Below, in pieces: positions 1-9,489 of a DNA stretch of 64,000 bases (the first letter of the stretch is position 1; each line of letters opens with the position of its first letter). The position numbers and the translations under genes are program-made. Source of the stretch: Patescibacteria group bacterium (GTDB lineage Bacteria > Patescibacteriota > Patescibacteriia > Patescibacteriales > UBA12075); assembly GCA_018897195.1 (NCBI GenBank), contig JAHILH010000003.1:431-64430 (forward strand), in the 5' to 3' direction. Under the pieces are notes generated by a model. The model was not told where the DNA came from and ran no database searches. It was given only the letters and a program-made list of their open reading frames with translations.

Positions 1-2
1 TT

Positions 3-332
3 GGATATGGTAATCAATTTGTTCATGCGGCTAAACAGGATTTTTCTAGCCCATCAGAACTATCCAATCCACTTGGCTCTGATGAAAACATGAGAGATCC
101 AAACTACGTCATCGGCAAAATCATCAACTCCGTCCTTGGAGTTGTCGGTACTATTGCCTTAGTAATGTTTATTTACGGTGGTTTTCTTTGGATGACTTCT
201 GGTGGTGGCGATGGCGTCAAGAAGGGGAAGGAGACTATTGTTTGGGCTACTTTTGGTTTGGTTATCATCTTTATGGCCTATTCAATTGTCAATTTCGTGA
301 TTGGTAATATTTTATTAGGTAAGCCAGTATAA
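3..332 (+). CDS. Small two-TM T4SS pilin-like protein (TrbC/VirB2-like mini-pilin); 5' end runs off the window
   Basis: The frame is open from nt 3, with no stop upstream of the ATG at 90. The C-terminal part has two hydrophobic helices joined by a Gly-rich turn (FIYGGFLWMTSGGGDGVKKGKE), the layout of TrbC/VirB2-type pilins. A hairpin terminator follows. Confidence 0.5.
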   Translation, partial: GYGNQFVHAAKQDFSSPSELSNPLGSDENMRDPNYVIGKIINSVLGVVGTIALVMFIYGGFLWMTSGGGDGVKKGKETIVWATFGLVIIFMAYSIVNFVIGNILLGKPV

Positions 333-352
333 ATAGTTATTCACTTTTCTCC

Positions 353-380
353 AAAAAGAGCTACGGCTCTTTTTTGTTTT
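353..380 (+). terminator. Rho-independent terminator after the pilin-like gene
   Basis: aaaaagagc-tacg-gctcttttt perfect 9-bp stem followed by a T-run. Confidence 0.7.
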
Positions 381-433
381 GAGAAAAGTGATTTTTTGTG
401 TTATAATAATCTTGTAATATTAAACTCTAAAAT

Positions 434-2944
434 ATGACAAGCTCAAGTGAATTAAGCGGACTAAATAGCGTGGAGGCGCGGGATTTGCTGAAAAAGCATG
501 GTGCAAACATAGTGGTTGATAAAAAAAGGATAAGTGGTTTTTGGATTTTTTTCGAAAAACTGACTAGTCCTTTGTTTTTGTTAATGATTGGCATTTCGGT
601 AGTTTCTTTTGTAGTCGGACAACGGGCGAGTGCGATTATTGTGATGATGATGATTATTTTGTCCGCGACTTTGGATTTTATTAATTCCTATAAATCCCAA
701 AAAGCAGTCGACCGTTTGACAGCGATGGTGTCAACGAAGACGACGGTGATTCGTGACGGCAAGAAGCAGGAGATTGATGTGCACGAGGTTGTGCCTGGGG
801 ATTTGATATATTTATCAGCAGGTAGCGTGATCCCGGCTGATTGTCAGGTTGTAGAGGGTGATGACTTTTTTGTTAATCAATCATCTTTAACTGGGGAGTC
901 GATGCCAGTGGAAAAAAGTGTTTCCAAGAAGGGGGTGGTGGAAAAACTAACACCAGAGAACACAGCCGTGGTCTTTATGGGCACGAGTGTGATTAGCGGA
1001 TTTGCCACGGTGCGAGTGTTGGAAACCGGAATTCGGACTGAATTTGGTAAAGTGGCCAAAGAATTGAATAAGGCGAAGCCGAAAACTGATTTTGAAATCA
1101 ATACGATGAAATTCAGTTTTTTTATTATGAAGATTGTCTTTTACATGGTTAGCTTTGTTTTTGTTGCTTTTTTGGTTAAGAATTCACACGATTTAAGTAT
1201 AGCGGTTATTTTGGAGGCGTTTACCTTTGCCTTGGCGGTCACTATTGGCGTGACGCCAGACATGTTGCCAGCGATTATCACAGTTTGTCTCAGTAAGGGC
1301 TCACAGATGATGGCAAAGAAAGAGGTGATTGTAAAACAATTGTCGTCGATTGAAAATTTTGGTTCAATGGATATTTTGTGTACGGATAAGACGGGCACAT
1401 TAACTCAAGATCTTATTACTTTGATTAAGTATATTGATTGTAATGGCAAGGAATCTGATAAGATTTTTCGCCTTGGACATTTGAGTAGTCATTTTCATAC
1501 GGGCGCGCAGAATCCGCTTGACACAGCCGTGAATAATTTTAAAGACTTGGATGTAAGTGATTATGAAAAAATAGACGAAATTCCTTATGATTTTTTGCGT
1601 AAGCGCAGTTCAATGGTGGTGCGTCGCAATGGCAAGCGCTTTTTGATCACCAAGGGGGCGCAGGAGGAAATAATTAAAATTTGTCATGGCTATGAAGCGG
1701 ATAATAAAATTGATGTCATTGATAAGTGCAAGACGTTAATTGAAAAGCAAGCCAACGAATTAAGCGCGAACGGTTTTCGAGTGCTGGGTATTTGCTATAA
1801 AGAAATTCCAGATGATGATGTTCGCTCATACAGTAATACCATTGAAAATGAGATGATTTTTTCCGGCTTTTTGGCTTTTCTTGATCCGCCCAAAGAAAGT
1901 GCCGGTTCGACAATTGCCGAGTTGGAAAAGCTGGGTATTGAAGTTAAGATTTTAACTGGCGACAATGATGTTTTGACGCAAAAGATTTGTCGTGATTTAG
2001 GTTTAAATATCAAGGGTGTGATGACTGGTGTTGAGATGGCTAATTACGATGACGCCCAATTAGAGAAGAAAATAAAAGACATCAGCATTTTTGCCCGAGT
2101 AACGCCGATGCAAAAAGAGAAGATAATTTTGCTTTTGAAAAAAGGTGGCAAGACGGTTGGCTTCCTTGGTGACGGCATTAACGACGCGCCGGCTTTGCGA
2201 GCGGCGGATGTGGGTATTTCCGTGAACAATGCTGTTGATATTGCCAAGGACACGGCCGATATTATTTTGATGCAAAAGAGCCTGGAGGCCTTAAAAGATG
2301 GTGTGCTTGAGGGGCGGAAAACTTTTCATAATACTATGAAATATATTTTGATGGGTTTGTCGTCAAATTTTGGTAATATGTTTTCCATGATGGGGGCGGT
2401 GACCTTTTTGCCTTTTTTGCCGATGTTGCCAGCGCAGATTTTGTTCAATAATTTTGTTTATGATTCTTCACAATTTTCTTTGCCGACAGACGATGTTGAT
2501 GCTGACGAATTATTGAAGCCCGCACACTGGGATTTGAAGTTTATTCGTAAATACATGATTGTCTTTGGTTCAGTGAGTTCTATTTTTGATTTCCTGACCT
2601 TTTATCTGTTGTATTATGTTTACCATTTAACGGAACATCAATTTCAAACCGGTTGGTTTATTGAGTCAATTGCCACGCAGATTTTGGTTATTTATATTAT
2701 TCGCACCAAGAAAATTCCGTTCCTGCAAAGTCGTCCAAGTCGCGCCTTGTTTATCACCACCTTTACGGCTGTTGTTATCTCTTGGTTGGTGCAATTTACC
2801 CCTTTTGGTGTTATGATGCAATTAGAGCGATTGCCGCTAAATATTATGATGATTATTGCTTCATATGTTTTTGTTTATTTAGTGTTGGTAGAGTTTGTGA
2901 AGCGGATATTTTATCGGATGCATTTTAGGAGTTTAAAGAAGTAG
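434..2944 (+). CDS. mgtA: P-type cation-transporting ATPase, MgtA-like (Mg2+ type)
   Basis: 836-aa ORF with the TGES actuator motif, the DKTGTLTQD phosphorylation site (the TQD variant typical of MgtA), the GDGINDAPAL hinge and multiple TM segments at both ends. Confidence 0.75.
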   Translation: MTSSSELSGLNSVEARDLLKKHGANIVVDKKRISGFWIFFEKLTSPLFLLMIGISVVSFVVGQRASAIIVMMMIILSATLDFINSYKSQKAVDRLTAMVSTKTTVIRDGKKQEIDVHEVVPGDLIYLSAGSVIPADCQVVEGDDFFVNQSSLTGESMPVEKSVSKKGVVEKLTPENTAVVFMGTSVISGFATVRVLETGIRTEFGKVAKELNKAKPKTDFEINTMKFSFFIMKIVFYMVSFVFVAFLVKNSHDLSIAVILEAFTFALAVTIGVTPDMLPAIITVCLSKGSQMMAKKEVIVKQLSSIENFGSMDILCTDKTGTLTQDLITLIKYIDCNGKESDKIFRLGHLSSHFHTGAQNPLDTAVNNFKDLDVSDYEKIDEIPYDFLRKRSSMVVRRNGKRFLITKGAQEEIIKICHGYEADNKIDVIDKCKTLIEKQANELSANGFRVLGICYKEIPDDDVRSYSNTIENEMIFSGFLAFLDPPKESAGSTIAELEKLGIEVKILTGDNDVLTQKICRDLGLNIKGVMTGVEMANYDDAQLEKKIKDISIFARVTPMQKEKIILLLKKGGKTVGFLGDGINDAPALRAADVGISVNNAVDIAKDTADIILMQKSLEALKDGVLEGRKTFHNTMKYILMGLSSNFGNMFSMMGAVTFLPFLPMLPAQILFNNFVYDSSQFSLPTDDVDADELLKPAHWDLKFIRKYMIVFGSVSSIFDFLTFYLLYYVYHLTEHQFQTGWFIESIATQILVIYIIRTKKIPFLQSRPSRALFITTFTAVVISWLVQFTPFGVMMQLERLPLNIMMIIASYVFVYLVLVEFVKRIFYRMHFRSLKK

Positions 2945-3136
2945 TCATCGTCATTCCCGCGAAGGCGGGAATCCAGGCGCTACAAATAATGGATGTATAA
3001 TTATAGAAACTATCCCGAGTGCTCGGGATTAATAAAAATATTGATAATAAATAACACTTCGTAAATTTTAATTCTCCTTACATTGAAAACACTCTACGAG
3101 GTGCCTGGATCCCCGCCTTCGCGGGGATGACGAATG
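2945..3136. mobile_element. MITE-like element bounded by ~34-bp inverted repeats of the 'VIPAKAGIQ' palindromic repeat type
   Basis: Left arm tcatcgtcattcccgcgaaggcgggaatccaggc (2945-2978). Right arm gcctggatccccgccttcgcggggatgacgaatg (3103-3136) is its near reverse complement. Each arm is itself a hairpin. The internal palindrome atcccgagtgctcgggat lies at 3012-3029. The element fills the whole mgtA-xth gap. Confidence 0.6.
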
Positions 3137-3143
3137 TTGTAAT

Positions 3144-3911
3144 ATGAAATTAATTACCTGGAATGTCAACGGCCTTCGGGCTATTGTGAAAAAAGAATTT
3201 TATCAATTTCTGGCGATGAAAAAACCGGATGCTTTGTGCTTGCAGGAAATCAAGATGGGGGCGGCGGCAATTGAGAAAGAGAATTTTCAATTTCCCGGCT
3301 ACGAAGTTTTTTGGCATCCGGCCGAGCGACCGGGGTATAGCGGAACAGCGACTTTAGTGCGTGATACTTTGGAGGTGGTGAAATGTTTTAGATTGAGTGA
3401 TTTTGGAATTATTGATACTGAGGGGCGAACACAGATTTTAGAGTTTGAGAAATTTTTCTTGGTGAATACTTATTTTCCTAATGCCAATCATGAGTTGTCA
3501 CGCTTACAGTTTAAATTGGATTTTAATCATGATTTGTTCGCGGTTTTAAAAAAGTTGGAAGAAAAAAAGCCGGTGGTTATTTGTGGTGATTTTAATGTGG
3601 CCCATGAAGAGATTGATTTAGTGCGAGCAAAAGAAAATATTGGTAGTCCTGGTTTTACCTATGAAGAGCGCGAAGCGATGACTGGTTTTTTGGACTCTGG
3701 TTTTGTTGATGTTTTTCGAGAACTATATCCTGATGAAAAAGAGTATACTTGGTGGAGTTATCGGGCGGGGGCACGACAAAAGAATATCGGTTGGCGGATT
3801 GATTATTTTTGCGTATCTAAGAAGTTTATGAAAAAAGTGATTGATACGACGATATTGTATAAGACGATGGGCTCGGATCATTGTCCAGTTTTATTGGAAG
3901 TTGGTGAATAG
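3144..3911 (+). CDS. xth: Exodeoxyribonuclease III (AP endonuclease, EEP family)
   Basis: 255 aa. N-terminus MKLITWNVNGLRA, internal CGDFNVAH, C-terminal GSDHCPV: the canonical ExoIII/APE1 motifs. Confidence 0.9.
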   Translation: MKLITWNVNGLRAIVKKEFYQFLAMKKPDALCLQEIKMGAAAIEKENFQFPGYEVFWHPAERPGYSGTATLVRDTLEVVKCFRLSDFGIIDTEGRTQILEFEKFFLVNTYFPNANHELSRLQFKLDFNHDLFAVLKKLEEKKPVVICGDFNVAHEEIDLVRAKENIGSPGFTYEEREAMTGFLDSGFVDVFRELYPDEKEYTWWSYRAGARQKNIGWRIDYFCVSKKFMKKVIDTTILYKTMGSDHCPVLLEVGE

Positions 3912-4005
3912 TTGACAAATTAAATGAATTTGCTATAAATTAATTACTTTTTAGTAAAAGCAATTGTTCTTTGGAATTAATCTTAACCCTCAAAGGGGGA
4001 GAAAA

Positions 4006-4323
4006 ATGAATAACAAAAAAGGAGTTGGTGTGGATAGCGATGATGAGGATGCCCTGTTTAGAGCGCAAGTTTTTTGCTCTGAGATTGTCGATGGGTGGAT
4101 CGGCAAAAAATGTGAATGCGGTGAGATTATTACCGAAGGTGATATTAAGAAAATACTTGGAGATAAGGATTTGGTAATGAAAAATCATGACCCAGATTCT
4201 GAACCAATGTGTTATGAATGCTACAAGGAGCGCTGTGAGCAGTTGGAAAGATTTGAGGGTGACTACAATGATCTTCATCCCAATGAAACCGTAGAACAGT
4301 TTCACGAACACGAAGATCGCTAA
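4006..4323 (+). CDS. Hypothetical small acidic Cys-rich protein (possible Zn-binding)
   Basis: I moved the start to the ATG at 4006, which is preceded by aaagggggag (one of the few SD-like sequences in the window). Cys pairs CEC and CYEC..C are present. I recognise no family. Confidence 0.4.
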   Translation: MNNKKGVGVDSDDEDALFRAQVFCSEIVDGWIGKKCECGEIITEGDIKKILGDKDLVMKNHDPDSEPMCYECYKERCEQLERFEGDYNDLHPNETVEQFHEHEDR

Positions 4324-4332
4324 ATGCAAAAC

Positions 4333-4360
4333 AAAAACCGTATTTTTCAATACGGTTTTT
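4333..4360. terminator. Bidirectional intrinsic terminator between convergent genes
   Basis: aaaaaccgta / tacggttttt 10-bp stem with an 8-nt loop, an A-run on one side and a T-run on the other. Confidence 0.7.
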
Positions 4361-4383
4361 AAAATATAAAAAATGTTTAATTT

Positions 4384-5547
4384 TTATTCAAAGAATAAAA
4401 CTTTCTTCTTCTTCAAACATTCATAGCCATAAATATAGGTCGCGGCTGTCCAAGCCTGAAAAGGTTCACCCATTGGTTCGCCAGATTCACCATGTAGCCA
4501 CTCGTTGAATTCATATCTAGTTTTAAAGTCACGGATTTGCATTTTTTGCATATTGCCGTAAGCTAGTTTGTTGAGTTCCTTTTCCGCCTTGTCGAACTCT
4601 TTCATCTTGACTAAGGCGGCGACGTAGAAACCGCCGATAAAGGGCCAGATACCGCCGTTGAGGTAGTGGAGTGGTTCACGGGCGTCGCATTTAGAGAAAT
4701 AAGAGTGCCATTCCTTATCGCCGGGCTTGATTGGCGGCCATAGCGCTTTCAATCCATAGGGTTCATTAATTTTTTCTTTTTCAATATGGTCCAAAATATT
4801 GTAAGCAATATTTTTATTCGCCAGACCGGTCACAATGGCAAGGACATTACCGAGGGAGTCAAACCATTCTTCTTGTTCGCGATCGCCGTCGTGATTTTTC
4901 CAATTCCAAGGCAAATAATAGCCTAATTTGTCGTCATAAAGCTTTAAATAGGCTTCAATGTCTCCATTAACCACTTTTTTAAGATGGTCAGCCTTGTCAT
5001 TGAGTTTTTTGCCCCCTAGAAGGCGCAAGGTTGCATAATAAAGAGCCTGGGTATTAATTGTATTGCCGTATTTATGTGGAAATGCGTCCATCCAGTCCAT
5101 GGTTGGTTGTTGTGACAAAAGACCGTCTTCATTCGGGTCTTGATATTTGAGCCAGACATAGGCGCGAGCAATATTTTTTTTATATTTATCAAGAACTTTA
5201 TGGTCCTTGTAGGCCTTAGCATAAGCATAATTACCAATGATAAACCAGAGTGAAGAATCAATTGAGTTATAAGTTTGCTTGGAGCGACGATCAAGATTGT
5301 AGGCACCCACACAATTTGGGACTTGGCCGTTTTCAGTTTGATATTTCGCCAAGAGATCAATACTGTTTACAATTGGTTTTTTAAAATCTTTGCCCAAAAG
5401 ACTGGCGCCGAGAGTGGTGATCATAGAATCACGCGCCCAAGTTGCCTCATAGCCTCCTTTTAAGGCTGAAGCATAAAACCCTGTCGATTTTGCCGACTTG
5501 GTCAAAACTTCAACTGCTTTTTTGTAAGCCTCCTCCTTGATGTTCAT
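4384..5547 (-). CDS. Six-hairpin (alpha/alpha)6 glycoside hydrolase, GDE_C / GH100-like (debranching-enzyme or neutral-invertase-like)
   Basis: 387 aa. The motif GYEATWARDSMITTLGA resembles the W/F-x-RD catalytic-region motif of amylo-alpha-1,6-glucosidase and GH100 families. Trp/Tyr-rich toroid-like sequence. Confidence 0.55.
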   Translation of the reverse strand: MNIKEEAYKKAVEVLTKSAKSTGFYASALKGGYEATWARDSMITTLGASLLGKDFKKPIVNSIDLLAKYQTENGQVPNCVGAYNLDRRSKQTYNSIDSSLWFIIGNYAYAKAYKDHKVLDKYKKNIARAYVWLKYQDPNEDGLLSQQPTMDWMDAFPHKYGNTINTQALYYATLRLLGGKKLNDKADHLKKVVNGDIEAYLKLYDDKLGYYLPWNWKNHDGDREQEEWFDSLGNVLAIVTGLANKNIAYNILDHIEKEKINEPYGLKALWPPIKPGDKEWHSYFSKCDAREPLHYLNGGIWPFIGGFYVAALVKMKEFDKAEKELNKLAYGNMQKMQIRDFKTRYEFNEWLHGESGEPMGEPFQAWTAATYIYGYECLKKKKVLFFE

Positions 5548-5555
5548 ATAATTTA

Positions 5556-5614
5556 AATTTTCGAATTTTCAATTTTCGAATTTTCGAAACAATTTTCAAA
5601 TAAATTAATTTTCA
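5556..5614. repeat. Tandem/dispersed 8-bp AATTTTCR repeats immediately upstream of the glycosidase gene
   Basis: Four contiguous units at 5556-5586 (aattttcg aattttca aattttcg aattttcg), plus units at 5591-5598 and 5607-5614. Three TTCGAA palindromes are created. Confidence 0.6.
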
Positions 5615-5925
5615 ATTGGATAAATGTCATAAGCAACTTCTTCATATGGGTGAACTGCTTTTACTTTTTCTATTACCGAGCTCAAAATATCTCTTGGTAC
5701 AATAACCTCAATTCGTTCTTCTTCTACAGCCTCGAGGTTGCTAGCAATGCCAATTGCAGGTTTTGATTTTTCATTGCCCCTAAAGCGTCCAACTCCACGA
5801 TTAGAAAAAGAACAAAAATCATAATTGCCAATTTTTCCAGCGCCGGCCTCACCGAGAGCGTGTCGTACAATGTCCGCGTGTGATATTGGTGTGAAAATTA
5901 CAAATTTTACATTTTTTGAAGTCAT
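5605..5925 (-). CDS. PII/CutA-like small protein related to the insert domain of YqfO/NIF3 family (COG3323-like)
   Basis: 106 aa. VKFVIFTP..H.D.V..AL..AGAGKIGNY..CSF...G.G.F resembles stand-alone NIF3-insert-domain proteins. Confidence 0.5.
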   Translation of the reverse strand: MTSKNVKFVIFTPISHADIVRHALGEAGAGKIGNYDFCSFSNRGVGRFRGNEKSKPAIGIASNLEAVEEERIEVIVPRDILSSVIEKVKAVHPYEEVAYDIYPIEN

Positions 5926-5929
5926 TTGT

Positions 5930-6292
5930 TTAAACTTTTTCTAACATTAAAATTCTTTTTTTGAAACCGCCACGTTTGTCTGCCTTTTCTTTCTTGACTT
6001 TAAGAACTGTTTCCATGTCAACATCGTAAAATTCCAAAATCGATTCGATTAATTCCATAACATCTGCAACTTCTTCAACAATATGTTCTTTGTCTTCGGC
6101 GTTTGCTAATTCGTGCGCCTCTTCTTCAACCTTCTTAAGTAGGAATGTCAAATATTCTTCTCTGATTTCCAAGATCCTTGTTTTAGCTTCTTCGCCACTT
6201 CTTTCTTTAATGATTTCCGGGATTCTGTCGCGCACTAATTTGGGATATTCATTTTCTTTTTCTAAGTTCGTTTCGAAATGTTCAAATTTCAT
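5930..6292 (-). CDS. MazG-like nucleoside triphosphate pyrophosphohydrolase (all-alpha NTP-PPase)
   Basis: 120 aa. KLVRDRIPEII followed by an EExxE(L)...E(E)xxD(V)xE(L) acidic helix pattern typical of the MazG/PRA-PH family. Confidence 0.65.
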   Translation of the reverse strand: MKFEHFETNLEKENEYPKLVRDRIPEIIKERSGEEAKTRILEIREEYLTFLLKKVEEEAHELANAEDKEHIVEEVADVMELIESILEFYDVDMETVLKVKKEKADKRGGFKKRILMLEKV

Positions 6293-6367
6293 ATTTTTAA
6301 TTTATTTCAAATTTTAAATATCGGAAGATTCTATCACTACGCGTTTGCTTCGTTCTAGAATGACAAA

Positions 6368-6958
6368 TCACTCTTTTATATAGAAATTGTAGGTGTGTTC
6401 ACCGTTTTGTGCCTTGAATTGACAAGTGCTAAGTGGGGGGAATTCCATCGGTTTAAATTTTTTCAAAGCTTCTATCTGGTCTAGGGGAACTGGGGTAAGA
6501 TCTTTGATGTCGTTCCAGCCAAGAATAAATATGCCACCGGGGGCAAGAAGTTCGTAAATGGAATTAAACGTTTGTTCAATCTTGATTGGATCATTAAGGC
6601 CCCAACCAAAGACGCCATTCATTAAGATGAAGTTGAAATAACCATCTTCAAAATGATTTTTGACATTGGCAACGTCGTCGGTGATGTGATGACCTTTGGC
6701 GCCGAACTTTTTTCGTTTTGGGTCGAAGTCCAAGGTCCAAAGCTCACGGTTTTCAAAATATAAATTGTAAAATGTTTGGTAATCCTCTCGACCAATATCA
6801 AGTGTTCTTTGTGGATTGTGGTGGCCGAGGATGTAGGGTAGAATTACTCGCTCTAGACAATCGCGGTCTTCGAACTCTACGCGCTCGTAGTCGGCATATT
6901 CTTTGATTAATTTTTTAGCTAGTCTTTCGTAGTAAGCAATAGTTTTTGGCTTGGTCAT
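6368..6958 (-). CDS. Putative class I SAM-dependent methyltransferase-like protein
   Basis: 196 aa. TLDIG..., ILMNGVFGWG and APGGIFILGW segments resemble the Rossmann MTase motifs I, post-II and IV. Weak assignment. Confidence 0.4.
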   Translation of the reverse strand: MTKPKTIAYYERLAKKLIKEYADYERVEFEDRDCLERVILPYILGHHNPQRTLDIGREDYQTFYNLYFENRELWTLDFDPKRKKFGAKGHHITDDVANVKNHFEDGYFNFILMNGVFGWGLNDPIKIEQTFNSIYELLAPGGIFILGWNDIKDLTPVPLDQIEALKKFKPMEFPPLSTCQFKAQNGEHTYNFYIKE

Positions 6959-6999
6959 TTATTTGAACTTCTGTTTTTTAAATTAAGGATGGTATATAG

Positions 7000-7124
7000 T
7001 CTCCCTCGCCCAGGCGGGAGAGGGATGGGGTGAGGGGTTGTCGGAAGATGGTTCGTGGTGTTTATTTTTGTTTATTGCACAGAAGACTACCTCACCCTGA
7101 CCCTCTCCTGGCAAGGAGAGGGAA
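7000..7124. mobile_element. MITE-like element, copy 1 (two inverted ~38-bp 'tctccctcgcc..gggagaggg..ggggtgagggg' units flanking a shared core)
   Basis: Nearly the same sequence recurs at 44852-45007. The shared core is ggggtgaggggttgtcggaagatggtt[c/t]gtgg ... gcacagaa[g/a]actacctcaccct[g/a]accctctcctggcaaggagaggga. Confidence 0.65.
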
Positions 7125-7141
7125 CTGTATATTTCTCTTTG

Positions 7142-9367
7142 TTATGATTTAGCAATCTTCTCAATGGCCAATCTCGCAAGAAAATAGGAAAGAGTTGATT
7201 CTGCGCCTTGATTAAAGTTTAGAGAGTTGCGACCAAGTCCGTCGTAGCAACCACCGGTATTTTCATCATAAACCATTTGGTTAAGATGATTTTTGCCCAA
7301 GAACCATTGGAAGGCTAGCTCGGCTTTGGCTTTGTAGTCTTTGTTGCCGGTAATTTGGTAGGCGACCACGAGTGCTTCAACCGCAGAAGAAGCATCTTCT
7401 GGTTGTTGGTCAAAATAGGCACGCTTGCCAGTACGGAAATACCAACCATCTTGTCCAATTGGAGAGAAGTGGCCATTGCCTTCAAAAGTAATCTTGTTTA
7501 AGAATTGAATACTGCGATCAGCGATTTCAAGATAAATTGGATTTTCAGTGATCTTGTATGCTCTAAACATTGCCTCGGATAATTTGTAATTGGAGTAAGT
7601 AAGACAATCTTCAAACCAAGCCCAGTTTTCGTCTTGGCTATCTTTTAACTGTTGGTTGAATTTGCGTACCAATTTTTCGCTTAAGCGTTTGAAGATTTCT
7701 AATTGTTGTTTGTTGGGATCTTTTTCCAAGGATTCAGAGAGACCGATAATGGTAAAAGAAACCGCGCGTAGGGAATTAAGATTGTTGGCTGAATCGATAG
7801 TACGACGGAGAATGCTTCGAGCTTGTTTCTTCATGTCTTCTGGTAGGCGCTTGCTATTGATAACGTAACCTAGTGACCAAATGCCACGACCATAGGAGTC
7901 TTCACTTTCGTTGTCTTCGTCAGGGGTTCTTTGATAAGAATAAAGGTTGTAAAATTTCCTATTTGACTTCTCGGTGATTTTAACAAAATTAAAATAAGTA
8001 TTAATCAATCCAAGAACAACGTTGGATTTTTTGGTGTCATGATATTCAACACAACCTAGGAGGGCACGAGCATTATCATCAAGGCAGTAGCCAGAGTGAA
8101 TATCAGGGCGAGTGTGTTGCGCAAATTGGATCATGCCGAACTTGTCGGTCAAAGTGCGGATATGTTGCATATTTATTTCCGGCAACTTGTCGCGATTGCG
8201 GGGAACAATATTGGCAATCTGATTGTATAATTTGAAATAGGCGATAGCGGTGTTTTGGAAAGTCATGTGCCGAGAATAAAAATATGAATTCTTGCCCATT
8301 TCTTTGCGTGCCTTGGTATCAGCCAAGACATCCGCTAAAGCATTTTTGATTTCTAAAGAATTTTTAAACTTTACTAGATAGCCACGGCTATTATCCAAAA
8401 CGTCCTTGGCGTATTGATTTTTGGTGGCAATAATTGGACAAGCGCAGGAGAGGGCATAAGAAATCGTACCACTGACGGCTTGTTTTGGGTTTAAAGTTGG
8501 GGAGATGTAAACATCGGTTGCCTTCAAAAATTCGATTAATTCTTTGATGGTTAAATATTTGTCATAAAATTTTACATGATCCTGAAGTTTGTTTTTGATC
8601 ACAAGCCGTTTGAGTCGGTTGCGATAAACTTCACCTTCTTCACGACGCACGACTGGATGAGTAGCACCTAAAACTAAATACATTACATTGGGGTGCTTGG
8701 CAACAATTTCTGGTAAAGCCTCAATTGCATATTCGATACCTTTGTCACGATTTAACATACCAAAAGTGGAAAGAATAGTTTTGCCTTCAAGATTTAATTT
8801 CTTCTTGGCCTTGGACTTGGAAGGGAAGGAAATATTGTGAACGCCATGAGGCACGATATTGATTTTGCTTTTTGGCACGCCGTAAATTTTTTCGAGAATA
8901 GTGGCGGAAGTCTTGGTCATGACTGTAATCGCAGCGGCCTTCTCGGTAATAGCCTTGGTTAGATTTTTCAATTTGTCATGCGGCTTCGGTAAAACTGTGT
9001 GCATGGTGAGAATAATCGGCTTTTGAACCAGCTCCATGAAAGGCAAAAGATAGTCGCCCCAGTCGCCGCCAAAGATGCCGTATTCATGCTGGATGTTAAC
9101 CAGCTTGATTTCTGGAGAGTTATTAATCTGCGTCGCTTTCTTTAGATAGTCAACCATTTCTGATTGATACATCTGCATACTGACCTTGCGCGGATAATTA
9201 TAAATCGAAGTACCATTGTCGTTGACTGCCAAAACCTTCGTCTTGAGAGTGTCGCCAAATTCTTTATCAAATGCATCAATCGTATCCTTGCAAAAGGTTG
9301 CGATACCACACTCACGAGGAGGGTAAGTACTGATGTACAGGATGCACGGTGGTTTTGGTTTGTTCAT
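7142..9367 (-). CDS. GT4-family glycosyltransferase fused to a C-terminal (alpha/alpha)-toroid domain
   Basis: 741 aa. N-terminus ILYISTYPPRECGIATF and a group-1 GT C-lobe (~aa 1-390). The C-terminal ~350 aa are Trp/Tyr-rich helical repeats (…FDQQPEDASSAVEALVVAY…NQGAESTLSYFLA) like six-hairpin glycosidases. Confidence 0.65.
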   Translation of the reverse strand: MNKPKPPCILYISTYPPRECGIATFCKDTIDAFDKEFGDTLKTKVLAVNDNGTSIYNYPRKVSMQMYQSEMVDYLKKATQINNSPEIKLVNIQHEYGIFGGDWGDYLLPFMELVQKPIILTMHTVLPKPHDKLKNLTKAITEKAAAITVMTKTSATILEKIYGVPKSKINIVPHGVHNISFPSKSKAKKKLNLEGKTILSTFGMLNRDKGIEYAIEALPEIVAKHPNVMYLVLGATHPVVRREEGEVYRNRLKRLVIKNKLQDHVKFYDKYLTIKELIEFLKATDVYISPTLNPKQAVSGTISYALSCACPIIATKNQYAKDVLDNSRGYLVKFKNSLEIKNALADVLADTKARKEMGKNSYFYSRHMTFQNTAIAYFKLYNQIANIVPRNRDKLPEINMQHIRTLTDKFGMIQFAQHTRPDIHSGYCLDDNARALLGCVEYHDTKKSNVVLGLINTYFNFVKITEKSNRKFYNLYSYQRTPDEDNESEDSYGRGIWSLGYVINSKRLPEDMKKQARSILRRTIDSANNLNSLRAVSFTIIGLSESLEKDPNKQQLEIFKRLSEKLVRKFNQQLKDSQDENWAWFEDCLTYSNYKLSEAMFRAYKITENPIYLEIADRSIQFLNKITFEGNGHFSPIGQDGWYFRTGKRAYFDQQPEDASSAVEALVVAYQITGNKDYKAKAELAFQWFLGKNHLNQMVYDENTGGCYDGLGRNSLNFNQGAESTLSYFLARLAIEKIAKS

Positions 9368-9489
9368 TTTTAGAGTTGTAAATATGAATTATTACTGATA
9401 TTATAATTATATAGTATTTACCTATATCTTGTCTAGTGTTTTTGAATAAAAAGTGGGGATAAATCATTAATTGAAATTAAGATAAATTT

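Noticed and set aside
3964-4005. Track start (3964) for the small Cys-rich protein
   Set aside because: The first 14 codons (MFFGINLNPQRGRK) overlie the SD-like aaagggggag. The ATG at 4006 with proper spacing is more plausible.
3940-4350. 136-aa minus-strand ORF overlapping the small Cys-rich gene and the terminator
   Set aside because: It is antisense to a better-supported ORF and runs through the bidirectional terminator hairpin. Its composition is hydrophobic and low-complexity, as expected from the reverse frame of AT-rich DNA.
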